Shown here one piece after another: positions 49,480-59,700 of a stretch of DNA of 64,000 nucleotides. How positions within the stretch are numbered: position 1 is the stretch's first letter; every line of letters starts with the position of its first letter. This stretch comes from Acetofilamentum sp. (GTDB lineage Bacteria; Hydrothermota; 32-111). The stretch spans positions 43,261 through 107,260 of the forward strand of contig DYMB01000001.1 of NCBI GenBank assembly GCA_020721805.1, given 5' to 3'. The position numbers were made by a program, and so were the translations under genes. The notes under the pieces are model-generated. The model was not told the origin of the DNA. It ran no database searches and saw only the letters and a program-made list of their open reading frames with translations.

Positions 49480-50098
49480 AAAGAATCACAGAAATCCTTT
49501 TATGGGGGAAAGACATTTTTGTTATAACCGTTGTATAACATATGCTATCAGGGTGTTCACAATCAACACATTTGTTTAAATACACACATGGGGTTTGAAG
49601 ATTGAACCTTTTACAGTTTAAATATGCTGCTATGTTTTTTGCCCTCTCTATACCGCTATCGATATCCTTTGTTATCTTGTTTGTTGATGCGATGATGACA
49701 ACCTTTTTGGGTCCAAAAATAAGTGATGCAACCCTGTTTCCTCTTTTATCTATATTTATCAAAGCTCCAGTTGATGCGATAGCGTTAGATGACATAAAGT
49801 AAATATCACATAGAAGAGCAGCCCTTTCAGATTCAATTTTCTCCAATTCACCTTTTTGACTCTCTCTTTCTATATATTTCCCCCCATTTTCAATTATGAA
49901 ATCCTTCAATTTAGTTTGAACAAGAGTTGTTGAACCTCCAAAGGCAAAAGATTGATAGATCTGAAGATATTCTTTAATTTTCTCTTTTACCTCTTCGAGT
50001 GTTTTATAGTAGTAAACTTCAAAATAATGTTTTTGAAGATTGATAATTGTTTTTTCAACTATTCTATCCAATAAAGTATTCTCCCGCAGTTTGGACAT
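49457..50098 (-). CDS. LUD-domain (lactate-utilization LutC/YkgG-like) protein
   Basis: 213 aa. FGGSTTL ... SNAIASTGALINIDKRGNRVASLIFGPKKVVIIAS ... TPCVYLNKCVDCEHPDSIC. Confidence 0.5.
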   Translation of the reverse strand: MSKLRENTLLDRIVEKTIINLQKHYFEVYYYKTLEEVKEKIKEYLQIYQSFAFGGSTTLVQTKLKDFIIENGGKYIERESQKGELEKIESERAALLCDIYFMSSNAIASTGALINIDKRGNRVASLIFGPKKVVIIASTNKITKDIDSGIERAKNIAAYLNCKRFNLQTPCVYLNKCVDCEHPDSICYTTVITKMSFPHKRISVILFDGNYGF

Positions 50099-50415
50099 GT
50101 TATTATTTTATTATTTTTATCACTTTCAGAAATATAACTGGTAGGAAGAGTTGCAAAACATCCATAACAGACACCATCGTTTACCTGTGCTACAGCTCTC
50201 AATTTGTATTTTTTCTGTATCCTCTCGTACTTGATTAAAAGTGTAGGCTCTATCTTCTTTCTTATACTTTCTCTGAGTTTTTTTATTTCATTCTCTTTCG
50301 CCTGAACTCTAAATCCGATGGCTTCCTCTTTTTCTTTTATTCTTTCATTTTTCAATTCTTCGAGTTGGGTATCAAGGTCGCTTAACTGGATCAGGAAATG
50401 TAATTGTAAATTCAT
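50059..50415 (-). CDS. C4 zinc-ribbon coiled-coil protein (zf-RING_7/DUF164 family), half-length
   Basis: 118 aa. Coiled coil plus CYGCFATLPTSYISE ... CPNCGRILY, which matches the C-terminal half of the 241-aa paralog at 61815. Confidence 0.55.
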   Translation of the reverse strand: MNLQLHFLIQLSDLDTQLEELKNERIKEKEEAIGFRVQAKENEIKKLRESIRKKIEPTLLIKYERIQKKYKLRAVAQVNDGVCYGCFATLPTSYISESDKNNKIITCPNCGRILYWIE

Positions 50416-50882
50416 AAATTATCCTCCATACTCTCTTCATATTTTTGAATCATTTTAATAAACTCTTCATAGTTATCCATTTTTAAATATTCTTTTTTCT
50501 TTATGATCTTTTTAGAGAAAGAAGCTATTTTCCCAAGTAGCATTAGATACTGGTTGGAAGTATCGAGGGGAGGTGCTATTATGAGAAAAATTAAATTTAC
50601 CTTTTTACCATCAAGGGAATCATATTCAACACCCGTTTTCGAAATAGCCACATAAAGACACAATTTATCCAAGACTACACTTCTTGCGTGTGGTATGGCA
50701 ATGCCGCTACCAATGCCTGTTGTTCCTAAAATTTCCCTTTGTTTTAATGAAAGAAGAATAAGCTCTTTTTTTTCTTTTGAAAGTTTCATCCTATCAACAA
50801 TCTCCTCAAGAACCTTATCCTTTGTTTTATTTTTCAGATCGAAGATCACATTCTCTTTTTTTAAAAATGATGAGATCAACAT
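50412..50882 (-). CDS. ptsN: PTS EIIA-Ntr type nitrogen regulatory protein
   Basis: 156 aa. GTTGIGSGIAIPHAR with the phospho-His motif. Confidence 0.8.
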   Translation of the reverse strand: MLISSFLKKENVIFDLKNKTKDKVLEEIVDRMKLSKEKKELILLSLKQREILGTTGIGSGIAIPHARSVVLDKLCLYVAISKTGVEYDSLDGKKVNLIFLIIAPPLDTSNQYLMLLGKIASFSKKIIKKKEYLKMDNYEEFIKMIQKYEESMEDNL

Positions 50883-50890
50883 TTTTCCTC

Positions 50891-51997
50891 CTAAAGTTTT
50901 ATTGGAAAAGTTAAAGTTAACTGGTAATCAAATTTTCCTAAATAGTATCTTTCAAGTGTTGCTTCAAATGCCATATCAACTCTCATTGCGTTGGAATTGA
51001 AACCTGCACCAATATTGAGTACAAGGTTGTTTAAAGAGGGAAACTCTTTGAATGATGTTCCCATTCTAAAACTTGGATATCCGTTTTTTAAATTTTCCCA
51101 GAATGATGTAGAATCGGTCAAACTCTTTTTTTCATCCTTTAAAAATGTGTACTCGGCTCCGAGGGTGTAAATAAAAGGAAAATCTTTTTTGATTATTCTT
51201 GAAAGGTTGAAATTGAAAAAGAAGTTTTGTGTTGGTTTGTAAAGGATACCGAGATTGCCGTTGACCGGAAAAATCATTTTATCATAAGAATCCCACCACA
51301 CATGGGTTATTATATCTCTAAACATTAAAGAAAGATAAAAAAAGTTTAAATTGATAAGTAAGCCCGCATCAAAGCCAAAGCCATTTGCAGATGATAGTAT
51401 AGCATCAGCGGATTTTATATTTTTTAAAGAATCGAAAAAGAGTTTTGTTTCAGCGGATTTTCCGTTTATATATTTAAAGTTAAAACCAAGAAAATATGGT
51501 GTTTCAAATTTTTCATCTGATCCAGAATAACTTGTGAAAGATAACCAGTATTGATCAAGTTGAACCGAGAAGTCTCTCTCCAACAAGAGGGAATCAAAAA
51601 CTGAATCAGTGTAGGTGATCTTAAAAAGTGGCATATAACTTATTCCGCCCTGATATGCTGCCAATGTAAAGAATGATATGTTTTTCCCATATAGGGATTG
51701 TTCCTTTTCTATGAATTCCGAATATGATGAATAATGATCTGTTTCAAAAGTTATCGATAATCCACCATTATCAAGCCCCGCAAGTGCTGCAGGGTTAAAA
51801 AATGAAGAATTTATATCTCCAAAAAGTGCAGATGAGTTTCCCCCAAGTCCTCTTATCCTCGCTGAAGGGAAGACTGAAGAATACTCTGTTGGGATTGGAA
51901 TTTTTTCAGAATGGAGTGTAACGGTTATAAACAAAATAAAGGTTAAAAAAATAAAATTGAAAAATTTCATTTCAATATTCCATCTCTTCTTCTTCAC
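50891..51997 (-). CDS. Outer-membrane beta-barrel protein, OMPP1/FadL/TodX-like
   Basis: 368 aa with signal peptide. N-terminal ARIRGLGGNSSALFGDINSSFFNPAALAG parallels FadL [27 protein letters not shown]. C-terminal aromatic beta-strand pattern. Confidence 0.55.
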   Translation of the reverse strand: MKKKRWNIEMKFFNFIFLTFILFITVTLHSEKIPIPTEYSSVFPSARIRGLGGNSSALFGDINSSFFNPAALAGLDNGGLSITFETDHYSSYSEFIEKEQSLYGKNISFFTLAAYQGGISYMPLFKITYTDSVFDSLLLERDFSVQLDQYWLSFTSYSGSDEKFETPYFLGFNFKYINGKSAETKLFFDSLKNIKSADAILSSANGFGFDAGLLINLNFFYLSLMFRDIITHVWWDSYDKMIFPVNGNLGILYKPTQNFFFNFNLSRIIKKDFPFIYTLGAEYTFLKDEKKSLTDSTSFWENLKNGYPSFRMGTSFKEFPSLNNLVLNIGAGFNSNAMRVDMAFEATLERYYLGKFDYQLTLTFPIKL

Positions 51998-53036
51998 CTT
52001 TCAAAACTCTTAATGCTCCCAAAACAAGTGCTAAAATCTCATTTTCTCCCGGGAATATAAATATTGGTGCTATAAAACCCGTTCTTTCTTCTATAATATC
52101 GGTAAGACATTTATTGAATGCGATCCCCCCTGTTACGAGTATCGCATCCACCTTCCCCTTAAGGACGGTTGACATTGCGCCTATCTCTTTGGATACCTGA
52201 TACATCATTGCGGATAGAATCAATTCGACATTCTTATCACCACTTTCCTTCAATTTTATAAGTTCCGTTACATTGTCATTTTTAAGATAGGAATAAATCC
52301 CGCCCTGAACGGTTAACATTTTTTTTATTTCCTCATAATCCATTTTTTTGGAGATTATCATTCTGGCAAGTTGTGTTACGGGTAATGTTCCTGTTCTTTG
52401 AGGTGAAAATGGTCCCTCATCGTTTGCATTGTTGATATCTATCATTCTTCCGTTTTTATGTGCAGAAACTGAGATCCCAGTTCCAAGATGAACCACAATT
52501 AAAGATGATTTAAAATAATCTCTACTGTTTTCCTTCGCCCATCTTTTCGCGATCATTTTCATATTAAGAGCATGTGATAAAGATTTTCTTTCAATTCCGT
52601 TAAGTCCAGAAATTCTTGCTATATCATCAAACTCATCAACAGAAACAGGATCAACTATAAATTTTTTCTGTGTATCTCTTGTTGTAAGTTTTTCAGCGAT
52701 CAAACATCCAAGATTAGATACATGATCCGCAAGGACATTACCATTTAAAACATCATCTATCATTTTTTTATTTATAGCGTATGTTCCAGATTTTAAAGGT
52801 TTGAATGGTCCCCCTCTGGCTACGAAAGCATCTATATTTTCTGGTGAGATATTTTTTTCTTTCAAGAACTCTTTTACAAGATTTACTCTCATATCAAGTT
52901 GATCTATCGTTTTTTTAAACTGTTGAATTTGATTGTTATGATGTCTTAAAGATTGTATAAAGATTTCAGTATCATCCTCATAGTATCCGATTTTTGTTGA
53001 AGTGGCACCTGGGTTTATAGCAAGAATTTTAAACAT
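51972..53036 (-). CDS. buk: Butyrate kinase (acetate/butyrate kinase family)
   Basis: Trimmed start MFKILAINPGATSTKIGYY with AGGAG 8 nt upstream; about 355 aa. No ptb adjacent. Confidence 0.8.
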   Translation of the reverse strand: MFKILAINPGATSTKIGYYEDDTEIFIQSLRHHNNQIQQFKKTIDQLDMRVNLVKEFLKEKNISPENIDAFVARGGPFKPLKSGTYAINKKMIDDVLNGNVLADHVSNLGCLIAEKLTTRDTQKKFIVDPVSVDEFDDIARISGLNGIERKSLSHALNMKMIAKRWAKENSRDYFKSSLIVVHLGTGISVSAHKNGRMIDINNANDEGPFSPQRTGTLPVTQLARMIISKKMDYEEIKKMLTVQGGIYSYLKNDNVTELIKLKESGDKNVELILSAMMYQVSKEIGAMSTVLKGKVDAILVTGGIAFNKCLTDIIEERTGFIAPIFIFPGENEILALVLGALRVLKGEEEEMEY

Positions 53037-54207
53037 TGTTACTCCTCTGTTTGCTTGCATTTGAAATTTTTACCATTTTTAATGATTTTAAAATTTCATA
53101 TTTATCAACCAGATAGGAATTGTTGGTGACAATACCTGTAGAATCATCACTGGATTTTATGTAAAGGTTTGATATATTTTCATATTTTTCAATATTTCCT
53201 TCAACCCTGAAAACGGAATGAACCATATCTATCATTTTAGGATTAGTCACTATTTTTCCATCGAATCCAATATTCCAGGATAAATTCAATTCATTTTTCA
53301 AATCTTCCATATTTTCTATTTTTGATATTGTAGTTTCAAAAGCCATAACCCCAGCCGCTTTAACCTTTTTGATAAAGTCCAGTCTGGCAAGTGTTGTATG
53401 ATCATCAGATTTGTTTTCGGGCAATGCAAGTGAAAGTATATATTCCGTTATGTTTAAACTGACACCGAAAATTCTATCGTTGATGGAGGCTATTTCAAAA
53501 AGGTTAACCAGACCTTTTGCCGATTCTATGGATGGTATCAAAGAGATCTTCTGATGAATTTTGTATTTTTTTTCAGTTTTTTCTATCAGTTCTAAAGTTT
53601 TCTTTACATCGTATTCTGTTTCGCATTTTGGAATCATTATCATATTGGGAGAAAATTGCGATAAATAATCGATATCATCGTTTCCGCCAAGATCGAGAGG
53701 ATTGATCTTAACGATTTTAACAACAGTTTTATCCATGATCTCCTTTAAAAAATGTCCTCCCAGAATTCTTATACTGTCTTTTTCGTTCAACGGTATGTTC
53801 CTGTAAAGATCCAAAAGAAATGCGTCGGATTTGAATTTAATTGTTTCATTCAAATGTCTTGCATTATTAAGATTTACTTTAAAGATGGATCTTAATGGTT
53901 GATAATTTAAATTCAATTTATCGATGAAAAATTTTTTTTCCATTTCAACCGAACTTCTTTTGATCGCTGTCTCAACCCTTGCTTTTATAACAAAAGGTGG
54001 CGCTCCATAATCTTTAATTGTGAATTTTGCATTTGCGATTCCATATGAGTTTAATATTTCATCAACAATATTCTGTATGATTTTATATTGACTCTCTTTC
54101 ATAGATGAAAAGATGTTCACATCTATTCCACTCTCGAAAGGCTCAATGGTAACGGAAAGATCGGAATTGTTCTCGAATCCAGCCGAAGCAGTTTTTTTTA
54201 TCTCCAT
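53029..54207 (-). CDS. Fused citrate-lyase acyl carrier (CitD-like) + citryl-CoA lyase beta subunit (CitE, HpcH/HpaI fold)
   Basis: N-terminal 90 aa ASAGFENNSDLSVTIEPFESGIDVNIFSS ... FTIKDYGAPPFVIKARVETAIKRSS is colinear with CitD (AGTLESGDVMIRI ... DKGALDCILRARLE). The C-terminal RINPLDLGGNDDIDYL ... MIPKCETEYDV ... SLIPSIESAKGL ... GFDGKIVTNPKMID is colinear with CitE. Confidence 0.6.
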   Translation of the reverse strand: MEIKKTASAGFENNSDLSVTIEPFESGIDVNIFSSMKESQYKIIQNIVDEILNSYGIANAKFTIKDYGAPPFVIKARVETAIKRSSVEMEKKFFIDKLNLNYQPLRSIFKVNLNNARHLNETIKFKSDAFLLDLYRNIPLNEKDSIRILGGHFLKEIMDKTVVKIVKINPLDLGGNDDIDYLSQFSPNMIMIPKCETEYDVKKTLELIEKTEKKYKIHQKISLIPSIESAKGLVNLFEIASINDRIFGVSLNITEYILSLALPENKSDDHTTLARLDFIKKVKAAGVMAFETTISKIENMEDLKNELNLSWNIGFDGKIVTNPKMIDMVHSVFRVEGNIEKYENISNLYIKSSDDSTGIVTNNSYLVDKYEILKSLKMVKISNASKQRSNNV

Positions 54208-54215
54208 TCAACCTC

Positions 54216-55409
54216 CTAAGCTCGTTCAGTTAACGCATATTCATAAAGCTTGCTTAGCAAAGATAGTCCAGTGTTTTTCGAAAAATTTCTACTTGCATAT
54301 TGGTAACAGAATAATGACACTTTTTTCTTAAAATCTTTTTCAAGTAATTCTATTATGCCCTTTTGAAAATTTTCCACAGTGATATTCTTTATCCTCCTAC
54401 CATTTTCAGAATTTACGAAGAATTGAAATTCACCGACATCGGATGAGAGTACCGGTGTGCCCATAGCAAAAGATTGTAACACCGTTGTTCCAAATTGTTC
54501 AAATCTTAAAGGTAGAACAACCAGATCAGCAAGATGAAACATCGTTGGTTTTTCTTCATATGTTAGATTCGGAAAATAAAGAAAATTTTTTTTATTTTCT
54601 TTAGAAAGTTGTTCAACCTCTTTCTCAAAATCTCCTTTTCCCGTAAAAACAAAACATATATCTTTTCTTTCCTCAACTATATTTTTTGCAATTTTAATGG
54701 ATATATCGGATCCCTTCATATAAGTTAAATTTTCAGGAAAGAAAACTATGAATTTTATTTCATCGTCTATTCCAAAATAATCTCTATAGATTTCAAAATT
54801 TCCATCTATCAGTTGAAATTGGTCATCATCGTATCCTTTATAGATCAGTTTCAATTTGACCGAATCAAGTTTAAATTTATTTCTCAAAATCAATTCCACC
54901 TGTTTTGATGGGGCAACGATAAACCTCGATTTTTCGACAGCCTCCTGCATAAATTGTTCATATCTTATATCTTCATTTGATACCTGTATCTCATTTCCAA
55001 AACTTGTTGCTATAAGTGGAGTATCATTTTTAAAATCTCCAAGAATTTTTGTGTTTATCCATAGATATTGGGAATGTATTATATCAGGTTTAAAGTAGTT
55101 TATTATTTTTTCAAATCCGATTTCAAGGTATTTTATATATATTTCAAGTTCCTTTTTAGTCATTTGAAAAAAATTTTTTTCAGTATGTGGGTGTGTTGTA
55201 AAACAGGGAAATTGAAACGGGATTTTTTCATTGTTAAAAAGGAGATTGTATATTTTAAAATTTTCATTGTAGACTGTTTCTTTGTTATCGATGTCAACCA
55301 CCAGAACTTCATTACCTGTTTTAATAAGATATGTAGCTATATCTTTTGTGTATATACCACTCTGTGATGCTACCAAAGGAAAAGGTGTTACGAGTAAAAC
55401 TTTCATCAA
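54216..55409 (-). CDS. GT4-family (GT-B) glycosyltransferase
   Basis: 397 aa. N-terminus KVLLVTPFPLVASQSGIYT. The C-terminal EQFGTTVLQSFAMGTPVLSSDVGEF resembles the GT4 E-x7-E motif region. Confidence 0.6.
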   Translation of the reverse strand: MMKVLLVTPFPLVASQSGIYTKDIATYLIKTGNEVLVVDIDNKETVYNENFKIYNLLFNNEKIPFQFPCFTTHPHTEKNFFQMTKKELEIYIKYLEIGFEKIINYFKPDIIHSQYLWINTKILGDFKNDTPLIATSFGNEIQVSNEDIRYEQFMQEAVEKSRFIVAPSKQVELILRNKFKLDSVKLKLIYKGYDDDQFQLIDGNFEIYRDYFGIDDEIKFIVFFPENLTYMKGSDISIKIAKNIVEERKDICFVFTGKGDFEKEVEQLSKENKKNFLYFPNLTYEEKPTMFHLADLVVLPLRFEQFGTTVLQSFAMGTPVLSSDVGEFQFFVNSENGRRIKNITVENFQKGIIELLEKDFKKKVSLFCYQYASRNFSKNTGLSLLSKLYEYALTERA

Positions 55410-56494
55410 TCCCCCATAGAGATCTGTAATTTTCTTGCAGTCTCAATAAGTTGTCCGTAAGGATCAACAAATTTTTGTTGGCTTATACTCTCTTCAATAG
55501 GAATTGAAACGATATTGTTTCCAGATAAGGCAACCATATAGCCGAATTTCTTTCTGGCTATGAGATCACACACTTCCACTCCAAACCTAGAAGCGAGTAT
55601 TCTATCAAAAGCGGTTGGAGTCCCGCCTCTTTGAATATGTCCAAGTATCGTTGTTCTGATCTCCATTTCAGTCTTTTTACTTAAAACCATAGCGAGATAA
55701 TTGCTTATTCCACCATATCTTGGTAAAGTCCCTTCATTTTTTGCTTTTTCCAGATAGGTCTTATCTTTTCCCTTTTCAAAAGCTCCTTCGGCTATAACTA
55801 TTATTGAAAAATGGGATCCTTTCGAATTTCTTTCATTTATCTTATTTATAATTTTATCTACATCAAAAGGAATTTCTGGAATAAGAATTATGTCGGCACC
55901 ACCTGCGATTCCTGAATTTAAAGCTATCCATCCCGTATCCCTTCCCATAACCTCAACTATGATTATTCTATGATGTGATTCAGCGGTTGTATGGAGTTTA
56001 TCTATAGCATCGGTAGCGGTATTTACTGCAGTATAAAATCCAAAAGTATAATCGGTTTTAGCAAGGTCGTTATCAATTGTTTTTGGAACACCTACTATGT
56101 TGGCACCTTTCTTATACAACTGGAATGCTATGTTTAATGAACCATCTCCACCTATCACTATAAGACCGTCCAATTCAAGTTTTAGAATATTTTTCAAAAT
56201 TTCATCGGATCTATCCTTTACAACTATTCTTCCTTCTTCCTTCACGGGATATTTAAAAGGATTGCCCCTGTTTGAAGTTCCAAGTATTGTCCCACCTTTT
56301 GGAAGTATTCCCCTTATCGAATTTGCATCCATTTTAAAAATTTTATCAGGCTGTATTAATCCATCGAATCCATCTACGATACCATAAACTTCCCAGTTAT
56401 AATGAAACAAAGCGGATTTTACAGAGGCTCTGATTACAGCATTTAAACCGGGACAATCTCCACCGCCTGTTAAAATTCCAATCCTTTTTATCAT
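55406..56494 (-). CDS. pfkA: 6-phosphofructokinase (ATP-type motifs)
   Basis: 362 aa. RIGILTGGGDCPGLNAVIR, IGGDGS, PKTIDNDL. Confidence 0.9.
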   Translation of the reverse strand: MIKRIGILTGGGDCPGLNAVIRASVKSALFHYNWEVYGIVDGFDGLIQPDKIFKMDANSIRGILPKGGTILGTSNRGNPFKYPVKEEGRIVVKDRSDEILKNILKLELDGLIVIGGDGSLNIAFQLYKKGANIVGVPKTIDNDLAKTDYTFGFYTAVNTATDAIDKLHTTAESHHRIIIVEVMGRDTGWIALNSGIAGGADIILIPEIPFDVDKIINKINERNSKGSHFSIIVIAEGAFEKGKDKTYLEKAKNEGTLPRYGGISNYLAMVLSKKTEMEIRTTILGHIQRGGTPTAFDRILASRFGVEVCDLIARKKFGYMVALSGNNIVSIPIEESISQQKFVDPYGQLIETARKLQISMGD

Positions 56495-56514
56495 TTTGAC
56501 ATATCCTCACAAAA

Positions 56515-56587
56515 TGGACCAGAGCGGAGTCGAACCGCCGACCTCATCCTTGCGAAGGATGCGCTCTCCCAACTGAGCCACTGGCCC
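56515..56587 (-). tRNA. tRNA-Ala (anticodon CGC)
   Basis: The minus-strand sequence GGGCCAGTGGCTCAGTTGGGAGAGCGCATCCTTCGCAAGGATGAGGTCGGCGGTTCGACTCCGCTCTGGTCCA has the G3:U70 alanine identity pair, anticodon loop TTCGCAA and T-arm GGTTCGACTCC. Confidence 0.9.
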
Positions 56588-56744
56588 TCAAATTTTTATT
56601 ATATTGTTTAACCTTAAAAATACAATACTTTTTTTAATTTTTACTTTTATTATTTTTTACATAGTGTGCAACATATTCACAATATTTCAAATATCTTGGG
56701 AAATCTTTATATGTACATTCGTATTTGTTGCTATATGAAAGCAT

Positions 56745-59700
56745 CTAATGTCCCACCCTATCTATCAATTCCTGACAGCTTTTTATGAGATTTCCCTTTT
56801 TCAATTTTTTTGCTATTCTTAACGATTCTTTAGCAAGGTTTAGAGATAATGAAGTTTTATTCATTTCAAATAGGAGAAGAGCCCTATGATATAAAAAATG
56901 GCTTAAAGGATATCTCGCGTTCATCTCTCTTATTATTTTTATACATTTTTTTAAATGCTGGTCAGCCTCTTTATATTTTTTTTGAAGTTTAAAAAGTTGT
57001 CCAATGTTTCCAAGATCTATAGCTTCAGACCATTTACTTCCAATCTTTCTATCAACTTCGAGTGCATCTTTATAATATTTAAGCGATGATTCCCACTCAC
57101 CTTTTGAACCGAAAATGTTGGCTATATTACCAAGAACTATCGATTCATTTTCAAGGTTATTTATCTCTTTATCTATTTTCAAAGCTTCAAATAGATAGAA
57201 AAGAGCCTTCTGTGTATCTCCCATTTCGTTGTATACTGTCCCAATGTTACCTAATGTTACCCCTTCGTTTCTTCTGTTTCCAGTCTTTCTGTTTAAATCA
57301 AGTGAAAGGAAATAGTGATGCAAAGCCTTTTCATATTCCTGCTTTTCATAATTGATCAAACCGATTCTTAAATAGAACAAAGCCTGGTTTGAAAGATTGT
57401 TGGTTTTTCTTGCAAAATCTAAAGAACGTGAATAGTATTCCATCGCCTTATTATAATCTCCCTGTCTGAACATCACCAATCCTATGTTTGAATATATCGA
57501 ATATCTTTTTTCCTTTTTTGAACTATATTTTAAAGCACTGTTAAAAATATCTTTTGATTTTGAATAATCTCCCTTATTGTAATATACAAGACCTATTTTT
57601 TCGAGTATATCACAAATTTGATTCTTATCTTTTTTATTCATAGCCATTTTTAAACTTTTCTGATAGATCGAGAGAGCTTCTTTGTAATTTCCCATAGACC
57701 AGAAAGAATTTCCAATACCTTTATAAATAATTATTTTATCTTTCTGCTTTAAATTTTTGACTTTTAAAATTTGTTTATATTCTTTTATGGAATCCCAATA
57801 TCTACCAATGTGGGAGAGTATTTCCGCTTTTTTTATACTAAACTCGATCTTTTCTTCTCTTTTAATGTTATATTTTAAATACAGATCTATGAGTTTTAAA
57901 GCATTTTCGTTTGAAAATGAGTCCATATCCTTTTCTATAGATTTTCTCAGATAAAATCTTGCCTTATTTTTTACATTAGCCTTTGAAAAGTGATGGTAGA
58001 GTGTTTCATAATAGTTTATAAGATTATCTTTAAATAATGATTCATAGAGTTTGCCGATTTTCTTGTGCAGCTTTATGAGTATTTTCTTTAATTGCATTTT
58101 GTAAGTTATCTCATAAAGAAGAATGTGTCTGAAGACTGCATTTTTGTGTGCGATAACTGTAATGATTTTATTTTTTTCTGCTTCTGATAGTATGGTTTCC
58201 AAACTATTCTTTTCGACGAGGTATGACAGAAGGAGAATTTCAAACTCTTTACCTATTATCGATGCTTTTTGAATTCCATCCCTCGTTAAAGCGGAGAGTG
58301 AATCGAGTCTTGATAGTATCAGTCTATCAATGTTGGAAGGTATATCATAATTTTTTTCTTTTAATATTATTGTGCCATTTGAATTTAAGAGAAGATTGTT
58401 GTTTAAAAGATGAACTGAAAGTTGTTCAAGAAACAAAGGATTACCTTCACTTTTTTGCCAAAGAATATTTAAAAGTTCTTTTGAGATTTCGCTTTTAAAA
58501 AATTTTTCAAGAAAAGATTTTACATTTTCAAAATTAAAGTTATCCAGTTTCAGTAAAATACTATCACAGTTTAAATTTTTCAGTTTTTTTATATTCTCAT
58601 TTTCCTCTCTATAAAGAAAAATAAATGGAACATTTTTAAACTCATAGGGATCCCTTAAAAGATAGAGTATGAAATCTATGGTTTCCTGATCCGCCCACAT
58701 AAAATCATCGAAAATTATAGCGACCTTTCTATCAACTATGGTACGATAAAGGATACTTTTTAATGTAAAAAATGTTCCTTCCAATTTTTCTCTTGCTGAA
58801 AGGTTTTTTATCAGATCAGTTTCCTCATGGTTGAAAAAGTAAAGTAAGAAAGAGAATGTTTGCTGAAAATCTATTCCATAAAGATCACTGTATTTTTTAG
58901 AAAAATTTTCAATGAGATTTTTTCTTGAAGAGAGTTTTTCAGAAAAGTTTTTCCCTATAATATTTTCATAAAGATATTTAACGGTTATCAATGGTTCCTT
59001 GATAACAGGATCGGATGATGTGTATAATAATTCAAAATCTAATCTGGAAAAAGTTTCAAGCGAGAATCTTGTCTTACCCGTTCCACTCTCTCCAACAATA
59101 TTTATGACACCACATATTTTTTTTTCCTCGATAACATTTAAAAATTTTTCAATTTTTTCTTTTAGATTTTGTCTTTCTATGAATGGAGAGATAAAATCAA
59201 GATCACCTTTTGTTTTGATGGATTCAACATAATAAATCTTTATTCTCTTCTCTTTGCCTTTCAAAGATAGAATCTCACCATCGTCGAAATTGAATCTTTT
59301 TGTCTCTTCAACGATTCTTTCGGAAACTATAACTTTTGATTTTTTTAAGGATGCGATCCTTGCAGATGTATTAACGATATCACCTATAACCGTATATTCC
59401 TGCCAATAAGGGCTTCCTATATAACCTGCATAGGTTGTCCCATAGTCAAGCCCTATAGTTGTTTCAATGTCGGATAGTTTCAGTTGATCAAAAATTTTCA
59501 TTGAACATGCGATGGCTCTTTCTATCATATCCTCCTGAGTGTAGGGGGCACCAAAAATTATAAGCGCCATGCCACCCTTATCCCCAAATTCTACCTTGTT
59601 TAAATATCCGCTATACATTGAAGAATATTTATCGATGGTTTCAAAAAAAATGTTCAATTTGTTCTTCTGAAGTTCAAATGGAAAATTTATGAAAACCGGT

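Noticed and set aside
55406-56494. Phosphofructokinase considered as PPi-dependent type
   Set aside because: It has GGDGS and PKTIDNDL, the ATP-PFK signatures, rather than the GGDD/TIDGD variants typical of PPi-PFKs. This is sequence-motif inference only.
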